A stretch of DNA of 64,000 nt, from contig CM119263.1 in the NCBI GenBank assembly GCA_051294375.1, positions 7,208,494 through 7,272,493 on the forward strand. Reading direction: 5' to 3'. Shown one piece after another: positions 38,861 to 50,179 of this stretch; positions within the stretch are counted from its first letter, which is position 1; every line of letters begins with the position of its first letter. This DNA comes from Paraspadella gotoi (lineage: Eukaryota; Animalia; Chaetognatha). Below the pieces are notes generated by a model, which was given only the letters and a program-made list of their open reading frames with translations, ran no database searches and was not told where the DNA came from. The translations under genes were made by a program, and so were the position numbers.

Positions 38861-41800
38861 AAGTTCAGCACAAACTTACCTTTCGTCTCTTACCAGCAAA
38901 TCGATACAAGTCATCACCGAATCGATATCACTGCTTAAATCTTATCATTAATTCAGCTTTTTTGCATCATTCATATTATCTCAAGGCGATAAATATTATT
39001 GAGTTATGCACAGTGCCACAGTTGCATGTTACGCGGACTGCCCCGGCGAGAAAATGCTTAATCATTGCAGAAGATGACCGAAGCAGTAAATCGGTAAATG
39101 TGGGCGTAGATGGGCCGCGCGGTTAAAGCTCTTGGTGGCAGCGAATGGCTGCGCGATATATATTCCAGGCTGACCGAATAATAATAAAACCTCATCTCTC
39201 CTTCGCACCTTGCGGAGACGTTTCATTGAAGCCTTTATCTTTCATACTCTTAGTTGACTGATGACTGAAAGAAATTTTAAATCGTGAGAGAGAGAGAGAG
39301 AGAGAGACGAGAGCCGACGGAAGAGAAACAGAGAAGAGAAAGAATGAGAGAGAGAGAGAGCGGATAGAGAGAGATGAGAGACCCGCCATAGTTCTCAAAG
39401 TCTCGACGTTGCCGTCCGGAGAGAAGCCGCGTGCTCTTTGTGCGGCCAAACGCGACACCTGGGCAAAAGCCTCTGCCGCGTCCGAGTGTCTGGAGACAGC
39501 GGCGCGTCCCCCGCGGCGGCGGCTGGCTCGGCGGCGGCGGCGGCGCGGCGGCGGCGCGGCCTGTTCTGCTAGGCGAAATCCTATGTCTGCGCGTGCGTTG
39601 ATACGAGTAAAATCTGGCGCGGGCCATTCTATTTCCGCGTATAAGGTAGTTATTACCTCGGGATACCTGTAGCAGTCGCACCGACAGGCCCGCCCTCACC
39701 CTGTGGTCACCATCGCACCCCATTCACAGAAAATTCAAGCCTTTATCCCTGTTACATTCTTTCGTTACTACCTACCGCGACGCCACTCATCCATTCTGCC
39801 CCATCGCTCCATGCTCTCTCTACCTCGATTGTCTTTGGCGAGGAATCAAGACTTTTTTTGTTCTGCGCTCTCTCTCTTCTATCGCGTGTGCAGCGTGGGA
39901 CAGATAGGAAAGACGAGGAGGAAATAGAGAGGAGGAGAGAAAGCATAAGGAAGAGAAGGATTTATGAAAAGGAAAGAAGAGATGGGAAGGAGCAAGAAGG
40001 AAGAAAAAGGATGGAGAAAGGAGAGTTAGAAGATTGAAAAGAGTGTTGATTTTAAAGTGAAGGAGTTAAAAATAAAGTTATCGAGTAATGCATATTTACT
40101 AATATTATAATAGTCTATAGTAATGTATAGGAAATAATACGGGATAAAACAACAGGGGCGAAAAAAACTTGAAAAATGAACGTTTAGATAATTAAAGCCT
40201 ATGGCTTTGTTGGTCGTCAGCGATGTCTCAACGGCTGTAAAACAATATAATAATGATTGAATTCAATAAGAAAGTAGTTAAAATATAATGTATAAAAGAC
40301 AATAATTCCGAGATTAAGTAAAAGAAAAACCTTCTGGTTCGTGGTTGTGCTCGGTTTACTCTGTCCAAGTTCCGTGACGCTTTCCCCTCGCAACGTTTGC
40401 CGGCGGAACCTCCATCTTCCTCTCCCCAATTTGGACAGTCCCGCGCAAGCCTTTCCCTTCCTTTTCCTGTTCTTATATTCCCCTTCCTCATTTTCGTTTC
40501 TCTCCTTCTCCCTGCCTCCTTCCTTTTCCCCTTATCGTCCCGCCAATAAACACCTCCACGATAAATTTAGCCCTCAAATCCGGAATCTAGTGGACTTGTT
40601 GAAAGGGAAACTATCGAAAATCCCAATGTCACTGTTGAAAGCTAAAATTAAAGGACAAAGTTTTAAACTAATTTAAGGTTACAAACTTCTAAGTTATATT
40701 AACGAATGAAAACCTTATTACTTAATCCGAAATGTTTTTTATAATTTGAATATCCTGTATTTTATTAATAAGTCTCCGTCAGTTAATGATAATTGCTAAA
40801 AATATTCATTACATAACTATTATTTGTTTATCGATTTTAAAAGCCGACAAAGCTTTGATATCGCCGCTTTAAGTCAACAGCCCTGCCTGCAGGTTTTTGT
40901 TACACCTGGTTGCCAAAAAAAAAATATGTTTCCATTACTGTTACACCCCGGTGTTGCCAAACGCGCGTTCCACCTTCGTAACACGACCGCCAGGGAATCT
41001 CACGCTCAATTCTCAGCGAAAAAAAGTATATTTTTGTTGGGCAGAGATCCCAAAGCGCGACGGCTGCTGCCGGGCCTGGCGCTGCGGGTCGGCGCGCTGC
41101 GGCAGGCGCTGCCCGGCTGGCGATGCCGTACCTGGGGCACTCCTTCTTTACTTTATATTTTCTCTCTCAACAAAAAAAAGAAGGAAAAGTTTAAAGACGC
41201 GGCGCCATGCGAAAAATTAAGCATATTTATTGCTTATTTTACTAATTGCTTATACATTCAATACAAATATATTTCAACCAACGGGGTAAAGATTAAAGCG
41301 AAAAATTTTTAAATTCCTTTAGTGCAAACAAAGTAAAATCTGATTTTTGTGACTCTCTGACCATTTTTACAATAATTTCTCAATTACTATAGCATAAATA
41401 ACAATCTAAAAGTGATGTGTCACCGAATCTTATGTAAATAAATTTTCCCTATTTTCTTTCTCCTTTCCAGGTTTATTTTGGATAAAGAAAAATGATTCAC
41501 CACAGTATATAAAAAGCGCCCATGTCATAACTAAATTGACCTAACGCGGAATCGATCCCGCGAATATTTCAATGTAGTCATGGACGTGATTTTTTGTCGT
41601 CGTCCGTAAATACTCGTTATACTCAAGCGGCCAAATTGCGGCAATTCTTATGCCTTCCCAGATTGCTATGGAGGGACGGCAGCGTCTACGCTGAAATTAA
41701 ATCTAACCGGTTTCTTAGAAACTACAATTACTTTAAAAAAAATTACACACTCAAGCTAAAGACAAAGAAATTACACTATTTCGCATTGGCATAGCACAAC

Positions 41801-44672
41801 CCTTTTCGATTTACTCCGAATTTGTGGTAATTTTTTAGAACCGTCTAGCATAGAATAGCATAGTACAGCGAAATAAATGTACAATTAAATTAAAAACTTC
41901 CTAAGTTGACTCTCTTTGTCAAAATAAAATAACAACTATTTTAAGATACAATTTCAATTTTCCCTCCCAATTCTATAGACGGTTTACTTTGGCAGAGGCC
42001 GCCTTAAACTGGCAGTGTTTACGGGTGTGTCTCTCGGGACGACACGTCGAATATCCATTTCACTCCGTGGCTTTTGTTTTCTCTTTTTATCGCTAGATGT
42101 CACTGGTTCGTTTTAAGGGAGATGGGGAGATGGTTGAGCTCCGGACTTAGCGTTTTGTTTTGTTTTATTTGTGGTATGTAAATGTAATAAGGTAAAATCC
42201 CTTGAACCGAATTGACTGTAGGAAAAGTAATCTGATCGGAGACAGTTTAAAGTCGATTCATTTTATTTTGAAAAAAAAAAGCAAAATAAGAAAAATATAA
42301 AGCCATAAAAAGTGTACTGAGCGCCGAAAAAAGCTGATTATATTTATAACTTTATATGCCGATTAATTCCGACGCGGACAAACTTAATTGGAACTTATTG
42401 TTAGAGACGGAATAATATTATTATGACGAGCAATTTACTTACGAAAAATCATCTCAAATATATAAAACTCTTTCCTATCGGAAAAGAGAGAACATAAGTG
42501 CATCCGACGGATTAAGTAAATGACATCATTATATCGTGAGAGTCGGGAGCTGATTAGTTTTTCTGCTCTACTTTGAGCTCGCGGAAACTCGCTCGGGATT
42601 TAATCTCGGAGATTAAAAGGGAGAAAGAAGAGAAGCAGCCGGGGATAATCGACATTTTCTAAAGTGCACTTTTTATTTTTAGGCCGAAACTTTGGCGCAA
42701 AAAGTCTTCTTCGCCTTGTCGAAACCAATTCGCGGATATGATTTAATTAAGCGGCGAGTTCCCGTGGATGGTTGTTTTTGTAGTCCGCGTTACTTGATCG
42801 ATCCAAAATCTGTTCTCGTTTATTCCTTTGGGAATATATAATTCACTTAGATATTCGATATGAATATTTTAATAAAAACTGTTTTTGTCCAGATGGGCGA
42901 ATCGCGATTTTCACTGCACCAATCCGGAGCAAATGGTAGAAAAAGGCATTTAAACGGTCGAATGGTTGAGGAAATTCGCGAAAACTAATTATTAAATTAT
43001 TAGGTTTGGTTTTCTCGAAATTTTAAATCAAAAACTAATCTTGCCAGAGGATTCGGAATGTGCCATTCTTCATCTTCATCGTCGTCGTCGTCATCATCAT
43101 CATCATCGAGCTTTTCTCGAATTGCGTTGATGAAATCGCTGAGAGAGCAGAGGGAACGATTGGGATATTAAAAGGAAGAGATCAAATGGGTGACCGGTGG
43201 TTGAGCGGGAAGTTAAAGAGGGAGAAAACAATTTATCTAAAACGTTCAATCATGAAAAATTGTAGACTATAAAATGAAAACATATTAAAAATTAGGAGAA
43301 ATTAAGAGAAAAGTAACACTATACCAATGGTAAAACTAGTGTCATATTATCAGAAATCGCAATGCCTTTTTGTTGTCATTCTCACAAGCAAGAATTGTGA
43401 GTCTATCTCAGTCTTTCGGTCGATTGCAGTCAGCAATGACGCGTGCCGATTGCCAGGCGTCGTGGGAGAAACGAAAATGTCGATCTTTAGCACGGGACAG
43501 ATATGGCGTTTGCTTTCGACTTGTAACGTAAATCATAGCCTTTTTATATAAAGAGAAATCATTATCTTTACCTTATCTTTATTTGTTGTGATTTTTTTCG
43601 GTTTTGGACTAAATTTTCCTCGTCACGAATTCTAAATTCATTACTTTTTTATTAGTTCCTCCCATTTTTTGGGGGGTTGAATATTTTAAAATTTATAAAT
43701 TTTTGTGCGAAAAGTAATCGTAGATACATTTTTTCGGCACCTTTTGGTAATATTTATTTGTCCGCACGACCGAGTTTCTGTCAAATGAAAACTAGATAGA
43801 AAGAATAAGAATTATTGATTTTATGCCGCATTTTATGCCACAACAAAAGTGACACTTGGCGGAATTCACTCTTTTTATTTTACGACCGAATTTGCTGACT
43901 CTGTTTTGTGGCTAAAGTTGCTCTCTCTCTTTCGAAAACTGACATTTTAGTTCCATTTTATGGCTCAAGTCGCTGCCAATTTCATGAGCATCGATGTCGG
44001 AATTTGGATGCAAAAAAGGAAACAAGACAGAAAGACGATCCTCGCGAAATAATATATTTTATTTAATTGCGCCGTGTAACTGTTGGTTAAATTTTTTTTT
44101 TTGTTTTACTTTACAAATAAGTTATCAACCATAAGATTTGTTGTTGTTCATAGTCTTGTAATCATCAGGTAATGAGTCCACATAAGAAAATCACTGCGGC
44201 GCCACACCTTGAATTTGCCGGTTCTTGTTTTTTCATTCACTCCTTTTCGATTTGACACTTTCTCACTTTTTATCAACTTTTGTGTTTAACGAACTCCGTC
44301 ACGCGAAGGGAGAGGCTTATGAGGCGAAGGAAAGGTAAACAGAATCTCCGTCGGAAAAGAAGGAAAAAAAGGTTAGTCGAGCAGAAGGTAAGGAGCGGTT
44401 GAAGCGGTGGCGGCGGCAGCGTCAACGGCGGCGCAGCGCCGCTCTTCGCCCAGCGTCGTCGCCGAAAATCGGGAAGAAAAAAAAAANNNNNNNNNNNNNN
44501 NNNNNNNNNNNNNNNNNNNNNNNNNNNNNNNNNNNNNNNNNNNNNNNNNNNNNNNNNNNNNNNNNNNNNNNNNNNNNNNNNNNNNNNNNNNNNNNNNNNN
44601 NNNNNNNNNNNNNNNNNNNNNNNNNNNNNNNNNNNNNNNNNNNNGCTAAGGCGTTCCGCACTCCGCAGCCGC

Positions 44673-44747
44673 TGACGTCACGGGTAATTCTTAACGCAAT
44701 CGNNNNNNNNNNTCCGCACTCCGCAGCCACTGACGTCACTGACGTCA
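44673..44747. promoter_or_regulatory. Full CRE palindromes (TGACGTCA) near a GC-rich segment
   Basis: TGACGTCA at 44673, 44731 and 44740. The flanking ~45-bp segment is duplicated across a 10-N gap. Confidence 0.4.
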
Positions 44748-45703
44748 TTCTTAACGCAATCGAAAATTAAGTGTTTCGATAAAGTANNNNNNNNNNNNNN
44801 NNNNNNNNNNNNNNNNNNNNNNNNNNNNNNNNNNNNNNNNNNNNNNNNNNNNNNNNNNNNNNNNNNNNNNNNNNNNNNNNNNNNNNNNNNNNNNNNNNNN
44901 NNNNNNNNNNNNNNNNNNNNNNNNNNNNNNNNNNNNNNNNNNNNNNNNNNNNNNNNNNNNNNNNNNNNNNNNNNNNNNNNNNNNNNNNNNNNNNNNNNNN
45001 NNNNNNNNNNNNNNNNNNNNNNNNNNNNNNNNNNNNNNNNNNNNNNNNNNNNNNNNNNNNNNNNNNNNNNNNNNNNNNNNNNNNNNNNNNNNNNNNNNNN
45101 NNNNNNNNNNNNNNNNNNNNNNNNNNNNNNNNNNNNNNNNNNNNNNNNNNNNNNNNAAAATAATGGGGAAAAATGTACTTAGTTTTAGCTTAGTCATACA
45201 TAGATCGGAAAATTAAAAAAATAGTTAGATAATTACGACAGTTTCGTCAGTTTTCGACTTAGATTAAAGTACTTGGAAATAATAAAGGAAACGGATATTT
45301 TGTATAAAAAATGTGATACTATTCTCTTTTTATCGAACCATTCCACTTTCTTCCCTGCTCAAATATTATCGCCCAGCTTCTTTCCCGCCAAAAGCTTTCC
45401 TCCTATCTTTGAATGTCCCGCCAAATGCATCGATCGCCTTTATTTCGCGCCCTTCATCAAAAGCGTCGGCGATTCGAGAGACATTTTTTTTTTTNNNNNN
45501 NNNNNNNNNNNNNNNNNNNNNNNNNNNNNNNNNNNNNNNNNNNNNNNNNNNNNNNNNNNNNNNNNNNNNNNNNNNNNNNNNNNNNNNNNNNNNNNNNNNN
45601 NNNNNNNNNNNNNNNNNNNNNNNNNNNNNNNNNNNNNNNNNNNNNNNNNNNNNNNNNNNNNNNNNNNNNNNNNNNNNNNNNNNNNNNNNNNNNNNNNNNN
45701 NNN

Positions 45704-45741
<38 letters not shown>

Positions 45742-48700
45742 TCCTTTCTTTGATTAATCCTCCGGTGGTTGCCGCGTTAAGCAACCGACCAACAAATGAG
45801 CCCCGGGGAGTGACCCACTCAAAACAGAAAAAAAAAAAAAAGAAACACAAAATAATCACTAAAGTCTAAACGCCAAAACAAAAGCGCACGCGCACTTTGG
45901 CGACTCTGTTACCCATTCATTCCGAGTCACTCGTCAACCGGGGTCGGGGGCAAAAATGTCGGAAGGCGACGCGCACGGCTTGCGCTTTGGACCACGCTCG
46001 TTGTCATGGATACGCAGAGTATTTGTTGACGAGAATCTTTGCCAAAAACTCAGTAGGTAGTGAAGGCGAAGTAACGGAGGTGGGAGAAGAAAGGGGTGGG
46101 AAATATTTAAGGGAAAGAACAGAACTCGGAAAGCAAAGAGCATACTGCGGGGAAGTACGAGTAGTAATAGTGAAGAAGAATTTTGAAAATGAAGCGAATA
46201 ATCAAGCAATAACTTTTTAAATCAATCGGGAAGGGGCATACATGCAGAATTTTTTTCATTTTGCAATTTACAATGCTTTCGACCACCTGCCGACGCTTTT
46301 GCATTGTATTGCCCCATCGCGGCTGCAGAAAGAAGCTTCTTTGGCGGGAAAAAGAAATGAAGCTTAAAATCGCGAATCCAAGTTTTTCGTCTTTCATTTC
46401 CCGCGAGTTTCAAGAGTTTCCAATTTCGACGCCGCGAATAAACGTTAATTATTGTCCGAAAGAGGGNNNNNNNNNNNNNNNNNNNNNNNNNNNNNNNNNN
46501 NNNNNNNNNNNNNNNNNNNNNNNNNNNNNNNNNNNNNNNNNNNNNNNNNNNNNNNNNNNNNNNNNNNNNNNNNNNNNNNNNNNNNNNNNNNNNNNNNNNN
46601 NNNNNNNNNNNNNNNNNNNNNNNNNNNNNNNNNNNNNNNNNNNNNNNNNNNNNNNNNNNNNNNNNNNNNNNNNNNNNNNNNNNNNNNNNNNNNNNNNNNN
46701 NNNNNNNNNNNNNNNNNNNNNNNNNNNNNNNNNNNNNNNNNNNNNNNNNNNNNNNNNNNNNNNNNNNNNNNNNNNNNNNNNNNNNNNNNNNNNNNNNNNN
46801 NNAGAGAGAGAGAGAGAGAATGGAAAGGAACGCTGGAAAAACTAGGATGCAATAAACAAAAGCGAAAGAAAGGAGATACGGGTTCGAGAAAAACGAAAAG
46901 GAGGGAAATAAAAGGGGAAAAGGGGCGGAGCAAAGAGTAAGGAAATGAAATTGGCATGAAAGGTAAATCAAAGAAAGAGTTCAGGGACAAAGAAGGAGAT
47001 GGTAGAAACACATAGAAAAATGAGATATTTTTTGTATCGGGGTAGAGTGAGATTATTTTGATATAAAATAGAAATAGGGGTCGAGAAAAATATATGCAAA
47101 TTGAGCAATNNNNNNNNNNNNNNNNNNNNNNNNNNNNNNNNNNNNNNNNNNNNNNNNNNNNNNNNNNNNNNNNNNNNNNNNNNNNNNNNNNNNNNNNNNN
47201 NNNNNNNNNNNNNNNNNNNNNNNNNNNNNNNNNNNNNNNNNNNNNNNNNNNNNNNNNNNNNNNNNNNNNNNNNNNNNNNNNNNNNNNNNNNNNNNNNNNN
47301 NNNNNGAGAAAGAGAGAGAGAGAAAGTTGCGAGAAATGATTTGTATTCTGATCAAAGTTTCTCCTTCGCTTTAACAGATTTTGGTTTGCTGCGCCACCTC
47401 CGCTTCCTCCACCGCCGCCGTCACCACCTCCANNNNNNNNNNNNNNNNNNNNNNNNNNNNNNNNNNNNNNNNNNNNNNNNNNNNNNNNNNNNNNNNNNNN
47501 NNNNNNNNNNNNNNNNNNNNNNNNNNNNNNNNNNNNNNNNNNNNNNNNNNNNNNNNNNNNNNNNNNNNNNNNNNNNNNNNNNNNNNNNNNNNNNNNNNNN
47601 NNNNNNNNNNNNNNNNNNNNNNNNNNNNNNNNNNNNNNNNNNNNNNNNNNNNNNNNNNNNNNNNNNNNNNNNNNNNNNNNNNNNNNNNNNNNNNNNNNNN
47701 NNCCTCATCATCGATTTCTTTCTCTTTTTAATAAAACCTTTACGACTGCCTCAGTGCCTCCCCAACTTACCAAAACCTACCCACGTACCATTTTCTTTTC
47801 TTCTTACCTCTTTTCATATTGGATTAATTGATGTTTTTTTTTTATATATTTTACATATCTTACAGCGGATCTCGGCCTTCTGGTCTTCCGCTAATGATCG
47901 TGGGCAGATCCGGCATCGTTTGCTCAAACTTGTTTGCCTTAGCACCCAAAAATGTCGGGCCAGATATAAGAAAAAAAAATATAGAACGAAAACAATCGGG
48001 ACTAAAACAAACATGTAAGGAACGGAGTAAATAATATGGACGTGACCCGAAAAAGGTTTTCTCCTCCGTCGCGTTCTGCGTCGAAGACTCGACAAGAAGG
48101 TATCCTAGCAACCGAGACACAAAGCTAAATGAGTTTCGAAATTACTTTGAAAATCAAGGTAACTTGAGAGGGAGTAGTGATTGTGAAGTGCTGATGGCTG
48201 ATTCGCTGACTCATACGTGATACTAATAAAAGAAGGTCATCATTGAGATTTGGAAGTCAATATTTGAGTTTGGTTTGTGAGGACTTCGTTCTATCAGCGA
48301 TTTTGACTCTAACTTCAATCTCGATTCCAACATCCATCTACTTCTTTCTCATTTCATCAGGAAGTCAACCAACGGGAACTAAGGATCGTAAGATGCGATA
48401 CGAAAAAGGAATTCTGGAAATGGAGGAAAGGTTGCCAAATACGGGATTGATTCTTCTTGTTGACTGGAATAAAGTTGGAAGCATAAAAAACCAGAACCCA
48501 GGCTTGGTACACTGTCAAAAGCATATTGCACACTTTGCACACTGCACAGTTTCGACACCGCTGTGAGATTTGCTCATTGGGGGTAAGCATCAAAATGAGA
48601 CGACTGAAAATGTGAAAAATTAAAGCATGGATCGAATTGAACTTTTTTTTCTCTTTTAATCCAATTATAAGGCTCAACCCAACGATTACAAAAAAGCAAT

Positions 48701-48787
48701 TTAAGAAAAAGCAGGTCGTAACTATGTCGCACTCTAGAAGAAATCACTGCCCCATGCGATTGGGTTGTTTTCACCGTCGACTTGGCA

Positions 48788-48791
<4 letters not shown>

Positions 48792-48853
<62 letters not shown>
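48792..48853. repeat. (GA)n microsatellite
   Basis: Directly visible. Confidence 0.97.
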
Positions 48854-48855
<2 letters not shown>

Positions 48856-49380
48856 GCCAAAAAAAGATTGAACACGACAAAGAAATCATTACCGGAAGCT
48901 GAATGGACGGAGAAAAACATACGCGAACAAATGATCAAAGAATAAACCATAAATCAAACAGACGGACCGAGTGACAGGGAAAGGAGAGGGCGAGGGAAAG
49001 GGCGGGCAAACAGACGCACGGACAGAAATGGAAAGAAGAAGGAGATGAAAAATACGGGCCTGTCTATGAAATAGGCGGGCAAACAGATGGAAAAACTCAT
49101 AGGGGAACTGGAGGGGAAAGAAAGACAGGCTTAAAGACGGTCAAACAAACAGGCGGGCAGACAACAAAAACAGGGGCCGAGCGGACAGACGGGTACATTG
49201 ACGGACAAATAGACAAGAAAACAGGCGAGGCCGGAAGGAGAATCTACTCGGCAAAATACCAGGACCTTATGATTTAGAAATACAGTCAGATCAAAGAGTG
49301 CAAAAGCAGACATCAACGCTCTCACTGACGGACCTGTAGTCGGGCATTGCCTAGGTTCACCCCGCCTATAAGCATGACAC

Positions 49381-49670
49381 CTTCAGGTGGCTCATTGAGT
49401 AAAGCCATCAGCTCATGACCACTAGGTACCGGGTTCAAGCCCAACCTGGTACGTACCCTGTGGGAAGCGTGAGGACGGCCGTAAGCCGCCTTGGGGGCGT
49501 GGCAAGCCCTCAAGCCTGGTTCCAAGCCCAGGACCCGTTCCATGGCTACTAAAGGGGGTTATAGAAGTTACGGATAGTCATCTTCAGCACACTTAGCGCT
49601 TTATCCACAGACCAACCGAAAGGTAAATGATAAAAATATTTAAAACAAAATAAATATAGAATAGAAATAT
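49381..49670 (+). mobile_element. tRNA-derived SINE-like element (Pol III A/B boxes, GC-rich body, A-rich tail)
   Basis: A-box-like TGGCTCATTGAG (49388) and B-box GGTTCAAGCCC (49432) at tRNA spacing, with a CTCATGA loop in the anticodon position. The stems pair too poorly for a functional tRNA. The body has hairpins, and there is an A-rich tail after about 49625. Confidence 0.65.
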
Positions 49671-50129
49671 AAATTATCGCCGCCTTGAGGGAAACAGAAG
49701 AATGCATGACCGAAACCCCAACTTGGGTTCATGAATACAAACGAGGGAGCCTCAATCACGTCGTCAGCTTTTTTAGACCCACCGTCCTTGGTTATATCGT
49801 CATTTTTTTGGAGGGGGTCGTCGTCGTTAGCGTCATCATCATCATCATCATCATCACCCGCGGTGTTTATTGTCGTCGTCGTCGTCGTCGTCGTCGTAAA
49901 CCTTTGTGACTGGAAACGAGTTTTGGTTTCGGATTCGATTCTTTACATCTGCGGTGGCGGCGAGCGGCGAGCTGCGGGCTTCGAGCGGCGGGCGAGGGCG
50001 AGTGCGGGCGCGCGGGCGGCAGATGCAAGAAGGCGAGGCGCGCCGTAAGACAGGTGCGCGTCACGTCAAAGATATGCGTACTCAGGGTGAGGCGGAATCA
50101 AGCAGTGACGATAGTGACAACGAGAAAAA

Positions 50130-50136
50130 ATCGTCT

Positions 50137-50179
<43 letters not shown>

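Larger units (their letters stand above)
21290..41463 (+). repeat. ~10-kb apparent tandem duplication (copy A ~21290-31290, copy B 31316-41463) joined by 25 Ns; probable assembly artefact
   Basis: Colinear anchors throughout: 21530/31550, 23221/33542, 24550/35205, 26500/37375, 28260/39440, 30890/41040. Both copies end in GTAAATAAATTTTCCCTATTTTCTTTCTCC. Differences are mostly 1-2-bp insertions in copy B. Confidence 0.93.

Noticed and set aside
21290-41463. Real segmental duplication or hypermutated (diversifying) gene copy
   Set aside because: Divergence is dominated by random small insertions typical of raw long reads, the junction is a 25-N gap, and no coding sequence is evident in the block.
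47866-48566. Possible plus-strand exons after AG acceptors at 47865 and 48360
   Set aside because: Acceptor-like signals are present, but no frame gives a recognisable product and the donors and phases are ambiguous.
49381-49452. Functional tRNA-Met gene
   Set aside because: The anticodon and T stems do not pair properly, so it is treated as a SINE-type head.
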